From an uncultured virus (IMG/VR IMGVR_UViG_3300016482_000014) (lineage: Duplodnaviria > Heunggongvirae > Uroviricota > Caudoviricetes), in IMG/VR virus record IMGVR_UViG_3300016482_000014, positions 1-64,000 of that record: a DNA stretch of 64,000 nt; one strand, 5' to 3'. A model generated the notes under the pieces. That model worked only from the letters and a program-made list of their open reading frames with translations, did no database searches and had not been told where the DNA came from. How positions within the stretch are numbered: the stretch's first letter is position 1; every line of letters begins with the position of its first letter. The position numbers and the translations under genes are program-made. Positions 55,982-64,000 of this stretch are shown here, in pieces.

Positions 55982-58900
55982 CTATTTGACGAACTGCGAA
56001 CCATCCCAAACAGCAGGGCCTCTAGCGGTATTGTATGTCTGACCTTTAACTAAATCAGCTTTGCTAGACGGAAGGTTAATTCCAGACGCACTGCCAGCAG
56101 CAGGAGCATTAGCACCGCCAGTGCCGCCAAAACCATACACCTGCTGAGCGATACTATACACCTCTGGGGACAGTGTTTTGAAGAAGTTATCCCGGATACC
56201 ATCTACATTACGCTTAGCAGCTAGGAGTTTAGCTTCGGCGTCTTTGCGAACCTTGGAATCGGGTTTGACATTACCCAGCGCGTTTAATGTTTCAGTTGCG
56301 GCTTTTACTTCTGCCTGTGCCAATTGGTAGTCTTTATTGGCGTTCAAAGCGGTTTGTGCTTTTTGAAAGGTTATCCCTTCCCCTGCGCCACCACGCGCCC
56401 CTGCATTGATCTGTGCCACACGCTCACGACCTGCGATCTCTTCCAGCTTGATAAGCTGCGACGAATAATCCTTGAACATATCTGCGGCTTCTTTCTTGTC
56501 GTTGCGGTCAAGTGCAATCTTGTACTTCTGGAAGGCCATATCGGCTTCCTCGGCAGCTTCCATGGCTTTTGCAGCTTTGTCTTTACCCTGCATGAAGGTA
56601 GCGCCACCCATCTGGGCGGCTTTAGCAATACCATCGGCGAGTGACGTACCACCCATCATTGCAAGGCCAGCCATCATGATTGCATCATATTTGGCGGTAC
56701 CTTCTTGCTTGCCAGCACGTTCCATACGGGATTTGACCCGATTAGCCATGTCATCAAGCAGTTTCTGATCTTCTGGGCTACGCTGTACCGCCTGCCCGAT
56801 CTGCTGCCTATATTCCTCGAACGAGCCGGGGATGATGCTACGTGCACCCATGATGCCGGGGCCAGCCGCCGTGGGGGCGGTTTGAGGTGCTGTTCGAGGT
56901 GCAACAGCCGGGGGTACATTTTGTTGACCGGCTCCGGTAATCCCGAGTTTCTCTTGCGGTGGGGCAGCGGGAGCCGCAGGGGCTGGGGCATTAACCACCA
57001 TATCCATCTGATTGGCATCGTGTGGGCTTGCTACCGTAGGATCTATACGGGGAGGCATTTGCTGGCTTTTTGCCAACTCTTCGCCCACCGCAGCGGGGTT
57101 AGCAGTTGCACCGCGCCACAAATTACGGAAAAAGTTACCAATAGGGCGGTCGACTGTTGCGAAACCCTCTGGAATACCAGCCATACGCAAGGCTTCTTTT
57201 TGCTCGTCTGTCAATGGTTCGCCACCATTACTTAGCGCAACAATCCCACCACCAGCCATATCGATCGGGCCACCGAGGGATGCTGCCTGTGCTTGCTTGG
57301 CAATATCGTCTGCCACGGTAGTATCTTGTGGCTGCGCCATCGGTGCACGGGAGCGAGTGCGACGGTTCAATTCACCCTGCACAGCACTCAACGTAATAGC
57401 ATCTTTTACCGTGCGGGCGTAAGCAGCAAGTTGTGTATCTGACAAGCGACGCAGTTTGGACGGAAGTTCTTGTACTGCCATCGTACTCATCGCATCAGGA
57501 GTTACCTGCCCGCCAGCAGCGTAACGCTTTGGTTCTGGGATGCGACCGCCCTTAGCGCGGGCAAACGCACCATATGCACTCAAACCGGCACCGAGAAGCT
57601 GAGGAGCTACGGCAGGCTGTTGCTGGTACATATACTGCGCACTCTGGGTAGATGGGACTCCACGCAACAAGTCAGACATGTAGCTCAACTGCTGGTACGG
57701 ATACTGTTGCTGTGCGAGATACTGCTGATAAGCAAAATCCAACGCCTGCTGTTGTTGTTGCTGTTGCAACGCACCATACTTCTGGAGCGCATCCGTGATA
57801 CCCATTTCTTGAGCGTACTGGGTTTGACCCAACTGACCAAGCTGACCGGCACCAGAGATAGCTGTTTGAGCGCCTTGCAGACCATACTGACCTGCACCGA
57901 CCGCTTGACCGACACCCTGCATACCTGCCTGAGCGCCTTGAATGCCAGCCTGTTGACCAGCGATTCCGGCTTGAGTCCCTTGCAGACCCAACTGACCACC
58001 AGCAATTTGCTGACCAACACCCTGAAGACCGAGACCAGCACCTTGCATTCCCTGAGCGGTACCGGCAAGACCTAGCTGACCAGCGGCAATTTGCTGACCA
58101 ATTCCCTGTAACCCAAGCCCAGCGCCAGTCATTCCAAGACCATACAATTGTCCAGCCTGACCAAGCCCAGCCAATCCAGCTTGCTGACCTTGAATACCCT
58201 GTGCGGTACCTGCCAGTCCAGTCTGAAGACCCTGATAACCAGCCTGAAGACCTTGGATGCCAAGGCCAGCGCCGAATTGTTGAGCCTGTTGAGCCTGTTG
58301 GAATGCCTGTTGTGAACCAGCCGCTTGGATTTGGGCTAAACGATCTTGCAGGTTTCTTTGGTTTTCAGCTTCAACAATAGCAGAACGGGATCCACCAAAC
58401 GCTCCTACCCTAGCCGCCTGAGCCTGCGTGGTTTGACGGGCAATTTCAGCCTGCCGAACAGCGTCTTTTTGCTGTTGCTCCACCACATTCTGCATGTACG
58501 GTGACATATAAGCTTGTTGGGCTTCTGGCGACGTTGCCATTTGCTGATAAGCCCGCCCTGCACCAAACCCTTGTCCAGCAGCCTGAATACCTAGCCCGCC
58601 GATACCAACGCCTTGCATCCCAAGTCCAGCAGCGGTACCGCCATATTGTTGAGCTTGAGGAGCCAAGCCAGCGGCTGCACCACCATACCCAGCACCAAGA
58701 CCGCCATACATCCCAGCCTGCTGCCCAGTAATTCCAGCAACCTGTCCGGCTTGTTGTGCGCCTTGCGCACCATACTGAGATCCCATCAAACCATACAAAC
58801 CTGCCTGACGCTGCGCCTGTTGAGCCGCCATTTGCGCCTGCTGCGCACCTGCTAATCCAAGTTGAGATGCTGCACCACCATAACCAGCGCCTGCTTGACC

Positions 58901-59293
58901 ATAACCAAGGGCGGTTTGCTGGAGAGCTTGCGACACCGGCTGCGCACCAAGAGCCTGACCTGCTGCCGTGTATGCGATGTTAGATGCGTCAGTCAGTTGT
59001 GGAGCAACTTGTTGTTGGGAAAGCTGCTGGAATGCCTGTGCCTGCATCGGGCTAAACCCGGCAAAACGCTGACCCGTGTAGGCTTGGAACGGATTTTGGT
59101 TGATATCCGTCAGTGCTTGTGCGCGACCCAGCATTTCTTCCGCATATGGGCGGGCATATTCAGGGATATTGGTCTGTGTGACCGTAGACTTGGAGGGAGA
59201 AGAACTCCCACCTCCGCCTTGAGGTTTGATCTTGCCGCTTGCATCACGCTGGAATGCCTGCTCAGGCAACATATCAAAATGGTTGTATCTCAT
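55982..59293 (-). CDS. Internal virion/DNA ejection protein
   Basis: YMSPY.Q.V, GAFGGSR, QQQYPYQQL; long G/Q/A repeats. Confidence 0.7.
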   Translation of the reverse strand: MRYNHFDMLPEQAFQRDASGKIKPQGGGGSSSPSKSTVTQTNIPEYARPYAEEMLGRAQALTDINQNPFQAYTGQRFAGFSPMQAQAFQQLSQQQVAPQLTDASNIAYTAAGQALGAQPVSQALQQTALGYGQAGAGYGGAASQLGLAGAQQAQMAAQQAQRQAGLYGLMGSQYGAQGAQQAGQVAGITGQQAGMYGGLGAGYGGAAAGLAPQAQQYGGTAAGLGMQGVGIGGLGIQAAGQGFGAGRAYQQMATSPEAQQAYMSPYMQNVVEQQQKDAVRQAEIARQTTQAQAARVGAFGGSRSAIVEAENQRNLQDRLAQIQAAGSQQAFQQAQQAQQFGAGLGIQGLQAGYQGLQTGLAGTAQGIQGQQAGLAGLGQAGQLYGLGMTGAGLGLQGIGQQIAAGQLGLAGTAQGMQGAGLGLQGVGQQIAGGQLGLQGTQAGIAGQQAGIQGAQAGMQGVGQAVGAGQYGLQGAQTAISGAGQLGQLGQTQYAQEMGITDALQKYGALQQQQQQQALDFAYQQYLAQQQYPYQQLSYMSDLLRGVPSTQSAQYMYQQQPAVAPQLLGAGLSAYGAFARAKGGRIPEPKRYAAGGQVTPDAMSTMAVQELPSKLRRLSDTQLAAYARTVKDAITLSAVQGELNRRTRSRAPMAQPQDTTVADDIAKQAQAASLGGPIDMAGGGIVALSNGGEPLTDEQKEALRMAGIPEGFATVDRPIGNFFRNLWRGATANPAAVGEELAKSQQMPPRIDPTVASPHDANQMDMVVNAPAPAAPAAPPQEKLGITGAGQQNVPPAVAPRTAPQTAPTAAGPGIMGARSIIPGSFEEYRQQIGQAVQRSPEDQKLLDDMANRVKSRMERAGKQEGTAKYDAIMMAGLAMMGGTSLADGIAKAAQMGGATFMQGKDKAAKAMEAAEEADMAFQKYKIALDRNDKKEAADMFKDYSSQLIKLEEIAGRERVAQINAGARGGAGEGITFQKAQTALNANKDYQLAQAEVKAATETLNALGNVKPDSKVRKDAEAKLLAAKRNVDGIRDNFFKTLSPEVYSIAQQVYGFGGTGGANAPAAGSASGINLPSSKADLVKGQTYNTARGPAVWDGSQFVK

Positions 59294-59703
59294 AGTGTTA
59301 CCCCGGCAATCCTATATTTTTCCGTAAATCCGAACCTACGCCATAGACGGGCAACAGCCTCATTAACTGCGCCTTCGATCTTCGTAGCACCAAACGATTT
59401 GCATAACATGGCAAGTTGGTCAAACGCTTCTTGCGACACGATATGTTTGCCGCCGATGTAGGTGATAAATGCCACCCGATCATTCGGACGATTAAAGAAA
59501 TTTATTGTCATGGCACCTTTGATAGCGCCATCCTCATCAACCACTACTGCCAACAACCACGTACCCATCGTAACGTATGTGCGAACCTGATCAAGCGTAA
59601 AGTCAGGCTCACCTTCTTGCTGCACAATCGCCTCATCAATGAAAGTAACAACTTTCGGCCAGACTTGATTCACAAGTTCCAGCGGTACGTGCTGTATTTT
59701 CAT
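59290..59703 (-). CDS. GNAT-like acyltransferase
   Basis: Strand/helix pattern, AFITYIGG, ARLWRRFGF; sits between internal protein genes. Confidence 0.5.
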   Translation of the reverse strand: MKIQHVPLELVNQVWPKVVTFIDEAIVQQEGEPDFTLDQVRTYVTMGTWLLAVVVDEDGAIKGAMTINFFNRPNDRVAFITYIGGKHIVSQEAFDQLAMLCKSFGATKIEGAVNEAVARLWRRFGFTEKYRIAGVTL

Positions 59704-61385
59704 ACTGGCATGACCTTATCAGGGGAGACTTCACGTTGCTGTGACTTCTTGCCATGTGCAGACTGGCGGATGCTATCAATCATTTCGTACAGCTTTTCAG
59801 CGCCTTCTTCAGGATCGCCTTCACCAAGACGGGCAACAACATCAGGAGGAACGTAAACCTCACCATCTGCTACACGGGCAGGTTGAGAACCTTCAATACT
59901 GGCAGGAATGTCGTCGCTCAGTCCGTCGCCCTCACCCTCAATACGCATTGCAACACCAAGGTAGTTGTTCAGGATCTTTACACCAGCGTCTGTGCTGCCG
60001 TTACCAAGGGCGCTTACGACATCTGCCGGAATGACAAACGCATCGCTCGACATCTCGCCGCCAGCTTGGAACTTGGGGATTTGTGCGATACCAACTGCAC
60101 CGCCGCTGGCAAACCCATCCGCTCCACCAGCCATACCAGCGTACATGTTTGTGTCACCGCCCTGATTTTGCTGGTTTCCATACATCGCCATCATTTCTTC
60201 ACGCAATTTGTCGATCTCTGACTGCGTGGGTGCTGCCGGAGTAAACGTCTGTGTTGCGGGGTTGTAAATCATCCCGCCCGGGCCGGGAGCGATATTGGTA
60301 GGGGTAGGAGCCGCAGCAGCGATACCGACTGGAGCCGCAGAGGGTGTAATAGGAAATTTCATGCCCTGCACATACTCTTGTTGCGCACGTTCCATCATTG
60401 CCCGGTTGTAATCGGCTACGGCAGGATCTACCGTTCGGATAGGACGCTCATAGCGCTGTTCGATCTCACCGCCTTCGGCATATCCAAGAGAACCAGCATA
60501 CCCACTAAACGTCTGGCTACCCCAATCCGATGTTTTTACCGGGGGCAGTGCAGTAAATCGTTGGGTCTTGGGGTCATAAACAGACGGGCGGTAATACGCA
60601 TTCTGTTCTTCAGGCTCAGGCATACCACTGGAACTTGAGTCCATAATGCCGCCGATAATCGGCGCAGCAGCCATACCGACGTCACCAACAAATCCTTTCG
60701 GCAGCTGTTTAAACGTACCAGATGGGTCAGAAAATAGTTGACCGAAACCCTTACCGATAGAAGAAAGTCTATCCATTGCACCCATCTGCGCAAACTGTTC
60801 TGCACCTGTTAGGGTTGGCATATTAGCGCCGACACCAGAAAGAGCGGTATCGTATGCGCCAGCCAACTGCATCGGGGTCATCCCTGCGCCAGCGGTAGCT
60901 GCGCCAACGTTGGCACCAACACCCGTCAATCCAGCATCCGCAGCAGCAGCCAACGCTTCAGGAGCAATGCTCGTAGTCGCAGCAGTTGTCGCCGTAGTAG
61001 GAGCTGCCGCAGTAATGCCTGCCCCAACCTGACCAAGACTAGACAGCGCACTAGCACCGCCGAAAGCGCCAAGCCCGGATATCAAGCCCTTCTCTAAACT
61101 ACCTGTTAGGGCATAAGAACCCAATCCAGCAACAGCAGCGCCAATGAAAGGGGCAGCAGCACCGCCAGTAAGTGCGCCAACACCAATGCCAACCACTGTC
61201 GGAAGGACATCCTCAAGAAACCCCGCTTCTGGCAACCCGGTATTTGGGTTAATTGTCAGTGAACCACCCTTGGCACGAGCGATACCCTGTAGGGCATTAA
61301 GCTCCCTTGGGGTAACGTGCATCAATTGGGAATCATTGCCTCGACCATGTGCGCGGACGAGTTCGGCAGCTTTTGTAATACTCAT
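59700..61385 (-). CDS. Internal virion protein
   Basis: GR..DS.L.H...E, GGSLTINP.TGLPEA, GDG.SDDIPA.I.....ARVADGE.V.P. Confidence 0.7.
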   Translation of the reverse strand: MSITKAAELVRAHGRGNDSQLMHVTPRELNALQGIARAKGGSLTINPNTGLPEAGFLEDVLPTVVGIGVGALTGGAAAPFIGAAVAGLGSYALTGSLEKGLISGLGAFGGASALSSLGQVGAGITAAAPTTATTAATTSIAPEALAAAADAGLTGVGANVGAATAGAGMTPMQLAGAYDTALSGVGANMPTLTGAEQFAQMGAMDRLSSIGKGFGQLFSDPSGTFKQLPKGFVGDVGMAAAPIIGGIMDSSSSGMPEPEEQNAYYRPSVYDPKTQRFTALPPVKTSDWGSQTFSGYAGSLGYAEGGEIEQRYERPIRTVDPAVADYNRAMMERAQQEYVQGMKFPITPSAAPVGIAAAAPTPTNIAPGPGGMIYNPATQTFTPAAPTQSEIDKLREEMMAMYGNQQNQGGDTNMYAGMAGGADGFASGGAVGIAQIPKFQAGGEMSSDAFVIPADVVSALGNGSTDAGVKILNNYLGVAMRIEGEGDGLSDDIPASIEGSQPARVADGEVYVPPDVVARLGEGDPEEGAEKLYEMIDSIRQSAHGKKSQQREVSPDKVMPV

Positions 61386-61449
61386 AGATGCCTCGCGGCT
61401 AGGAGGTTGTTTAATCGTAACATTTTGGTGTATATACGGCAATGAATTG

Positions 61450-62127
61450 TCATGCCGTCGTATCCAGTGATCCAGACACCAAAACAATGCTTCCCACGGC
61501 TGATGGGTTGGCTGGTCTGGGATATGGCAAGGTTTGTGCCGGGAGATGTTCCATATAAACACCTTCCACCGGGCCAACTGGGTTGTATGCCTTTTCCGTT
61601 GCCCACCACAGTCGAATGGTATCCCCTGCTGTAATATCGAATGTCACGGATGAGTAGGCAACCAAATAACTATAAACACCGGCAGATTTTCTGGCTGGAA
61701 TGGTAAACCGGCTGCTTGAGTTTGGCGTGACGTTACCATTTGTTTGCAGCCAGACAAATACATCATGTGCTACGTTGTCGGTGTTCACGAACTGCAAGCT
61801 GTAGTCGATCTTGTAGGTGCCTGATGCCGGGCAGGTTGCACTCCCATCCAGATTAAGGGTAAACCCTTCGTTGGCTTCCAGCGTGTTCCACAATACTTGA
61901 GTCGGGGTGTCATCTGCTGCGGCATACTGATCTGTGGAATCGCTTGCTGAAATGTGCGGTGAATTGATGAACTTACCACCCAACGGGCCAAGCAGCGCCG
62001 AGGAGTTGGCATCATTCCTAGCAAAGTACAGCCGCAAAGCATTGTTCATCTGCTCGTGGTACATCGCCCGGTATTCCGCCGGGGCAAGCAGTAGGTTTGG
62101 TGCGACAGTGGGAATTAAGCGAGGCAT
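61450..62127 (-). CDS. Tail-associated structural protein
   Basis: APNL..AP.EY......LRLYF; beta-sandwich C-terminus (G.Y....S.Q). Confidence 0.6.
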   Translation of the reverse strand: MPRLIPTVAPNLLLAPAEYRAMYHEQMNNALRLYFARNDANSSALLGPLGGKFINSPHISASDSTDQYAAADDTPTQVLWNTLEANEGFTLNLDGSATCPASGTYKIDYSLQFVNTDNVAHDVFVWLQTNGNVTPNSSSRFTIPARKSAGVYSYLVAYSSVTFDITAGDTIRLWWATEKAYNPVGPVEGVYMEHLPAQTLPYPRPANPSAVGSIVLVSGSLDTTA

Positions 62128-64000
62128 CAGCGACCACCATCGTTTTTGATATCAGCACGGATGCTACCCAACTGCCACGCCACGCCGAGATCGTTTGACT
62201 CCACTCGCAATGCCATTTGTCGCCCCCTGAGTCGGGTATACACCTGACCGTTGAACTGCTGGATCGTGTACTGCCTGACATTGGTATAGTTGTCTTCGCT
62301 TTGTACCACCGGGATATCCGCAGGGCTATATGGCGCACCCGCATTCCGACGGGGCTTCAACGTCATGGTGACAGATGGTTTATCGACATACGAACCGGTA
62401 AAGTTAATGTCAGGCAAAATACGCCAGACAAACGCAAACCTGTTACCATCCCCGATGTCAAAATCAGCAGATTGGATGTGCGCTGAAATCGGCACCGCAG
62501 ACAAGCCAGACACATCATCCGTGCCAAGTTCGTGATAAATGATCCGGTTATTGTAGTCAGTAGCCATAGGGTATTCCCTAATAGGCGAGTCCAACCACGC
62601 AGTTCGTGCCATCGTGCCGTAGTACCAAACGTTTTCCAAGTAGTTGTAAACCACATATTTATCCACAGTTGTGGAATTGCCAGAGCAATAAAACCACCAA
62701 ATCTCGTTAAACCCTTCGTTCGTTCCGGCAAAGACTTGGTACCCTTGGTCTTTGTTGATATCGGAAAAAATGTACTGCCGCAAGGCGCAAGACAATGTTT
62801 CCACCCGCCCGGAGTACATATAGAACTTATCCTTACCCATCCAATACGTCACGTTATTGACGGTAATCATGGAGTTGGGCGACATGATGGAGATGTTTTC
62901 CGCCATCTGGTTAAAACCCCATACGTACGGAGGCCCAAGATACTGCATGGAATACAGCGCGGCGTCTGTCCAGATTAGCTGCTCTTGCCGTGTTGATATC
63001 GAGCCAACGATGTATGAACCGTGCGACAAACGGAATTCGCCAGACTGGTTGGTAACATCCGGCACCCACATAAACGGATCATCTTGATCTGACCACCTTA
63101 CCAACATTGGATCGAACGCTGTATTAGCGTTTGTCGGATCGTAAGAGTTTGCCCCCATCGCAATGACAAATCGTTCTGTTGGGGACACAAGCACTTGGTT
63201 AGTGGTGTGCGGAACAAAATCTTTATACGTATAGACCGTGCTTGGCACGGTTGCTCCAGAAGCCAGCGAAGACAAATACACACCCCGAGTCGTCACACCA
63301 AGGGTGGCATCCCAATAAAAAATAGGGCCTGCTCGCTGGTTAAACACCAGATCTTCACCGTAATTATCGGCTGCCCAGAGTCTCAATTGCTGCCCAATTC
63401 CGGTCGTACCGGGCGAACCCCACCCACCTGCCCCCCAAGGATCCGCTCCCCAGCCAAGGCCAATCACATAGATATCCAAACCAGTATTGGCTTGATAATC
63501 AGCCACAGCAGATACTCCTCCTCCTGACGCAGCAGAAGTGGAGAACACGCCAGCGATATTGACGCTGTATTGCGTGGTATTGATGTAGCTGAATACTTGT
63601 TGCTCTTTGTTAATGTTTCCAGTGCTAAACCCGCCAAACGCCGTGGCACCAGAAAATGTCACAAAGTCACCAGTTACAACGCCGTGGTTGGCATCCGTCA
63701 CAACAAATGTAGAGCAACCAACTGGGTCAGCAGTGGAATGAGAAGCGGCTGTCGTGCCGTTATACCCTCTGACCACGCCAGTCAAATTGTTGGTATCCAC
63801 GCCGTTAAAGAACATTTCTTCCGTGCCAATCTTGATAACCCCACCCGTTACGGGGAACGATGCGGCGCTGACTAATGGGATCGTAGTTTGTGTGGCGTCA
63901 ATGTTTGAAGCCAATGTGCTGTACGCACTTGAGAAAGGGTTCCCTGTTGCCGGTGGCTGCGGCCCAAGCATGGGGTTGACGGTCTTGCGAATTGGCGTGA
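62127..64000 (-). CDS. Tail nozzle/stabilisation protein (P22 gp10-like), 5' end outside window
   Basis: W..DN.GEDL, RWSDQ, F.E.WWFY, YV.YNY....W..G...RTAW.D, R.RGRQ, WQLG..R.D....G.R. Confidence 0.75.
   Translation of the reverse strand, partial: TPIRKTVNPMLGPQPPATGNPFSSAYSTLASNIDATQTTIPLVSAASFPVTGGVIKIGTEEMFFNGVDTNNLTGVVRGYNGTTAASHSTADPVGCSTFVVTDANHGVVTGDFVTFSGATAFGGFSTGNINKEQQVFSYINTTQYSVNIAGVFSTSAASGGGVSAVADYQANTGLDIYVIGLGWGADPWGAGGWGSPGTTGIGQQLRLWAADNYGEDLVFNQRAGPIFYWDATLGVTTRGVYLSSLASGATVPSTVYTYKDFVPHTTNQVLVSPTERFVIAMGANSYDPTNANTAFDPMLVRWSDQDDPFMWVPDVTNQSGEFRLSHGSYIVGSISTRQEQLIWTDAALYSMQYLGPPYVWGFNQMAENISIMSPNSMITVNNVTYWMGKDKFYMYSGRVETLSCALRQYIFSDINKDQGYQVFAGTNEGFNEIWWFYCSGNSTTVDKYVVYNYLENVWYYGTMARTAWLDSPIREYPMATDYNNRIIYHELGTDDVSGLSAVPISAHIQSADFDIGDGNRFAFVWRILPDINFTGSYVDKPSVTMTLKPRRNAGAPYSPADIPVVQSEDNYTNVRQYTIQQFNGQVYTRLRGRQMALRVESNDLGVAWQLGSIRADIKNDGGR

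Noticed and set aside
1..64000. tRNA genes and lysis cassette
   Set aside because: None recognised by eye; they may lie outside the window, and tRNAscan was not run

Overview
The window holds most (not all) of a tailed dsDNA phage genome with podovirus-like organisation. A minus-strand late/virion arm (1-21.2 kb and 49.7-64 kb) encodes terminase, portal, GroES-like protein, scaffold, major capsid protein, adaptors, fibres, internal/ejection proteins and a 2075-aa polyvalent protein. A plus-strand early/replication arm (21.6-49.7 kb) encodes an M28 peptidase, an AAA+/vWA module, many small accessory genes, PolA, a Cas4-like nuclease, an SNF2 helicase and a primase-helicase. I saw no integrase, lysin, tRNA or CRISPR array. 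Most notable signals: (1) a 309-aa intein in the SNF2 helicase whose central region is dual-coding, with a complete HNH-type homing endonuclease overprinted in the +1 frame behind its own RBS; (2) an approximately 88-nt candidate sRNA at the convergence of the two arms, presenting three CUCUCC motifs complementary to the GGAGAG Shine-Dalgarno used by many early/replication genes; (3) free-standing homing endonucleases that appear to have decapitated host genes and supplied replacement N-termini, or that carry promoter-within-hairpin translational control; (4) nine copies of a 17-bp palindromic operator; (5) an origin-like region whose palindrome is centred on the assembly gap; (6) a pseudoknotted 5' leader. 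All family calls come from motif recognition by eye, not database searches.
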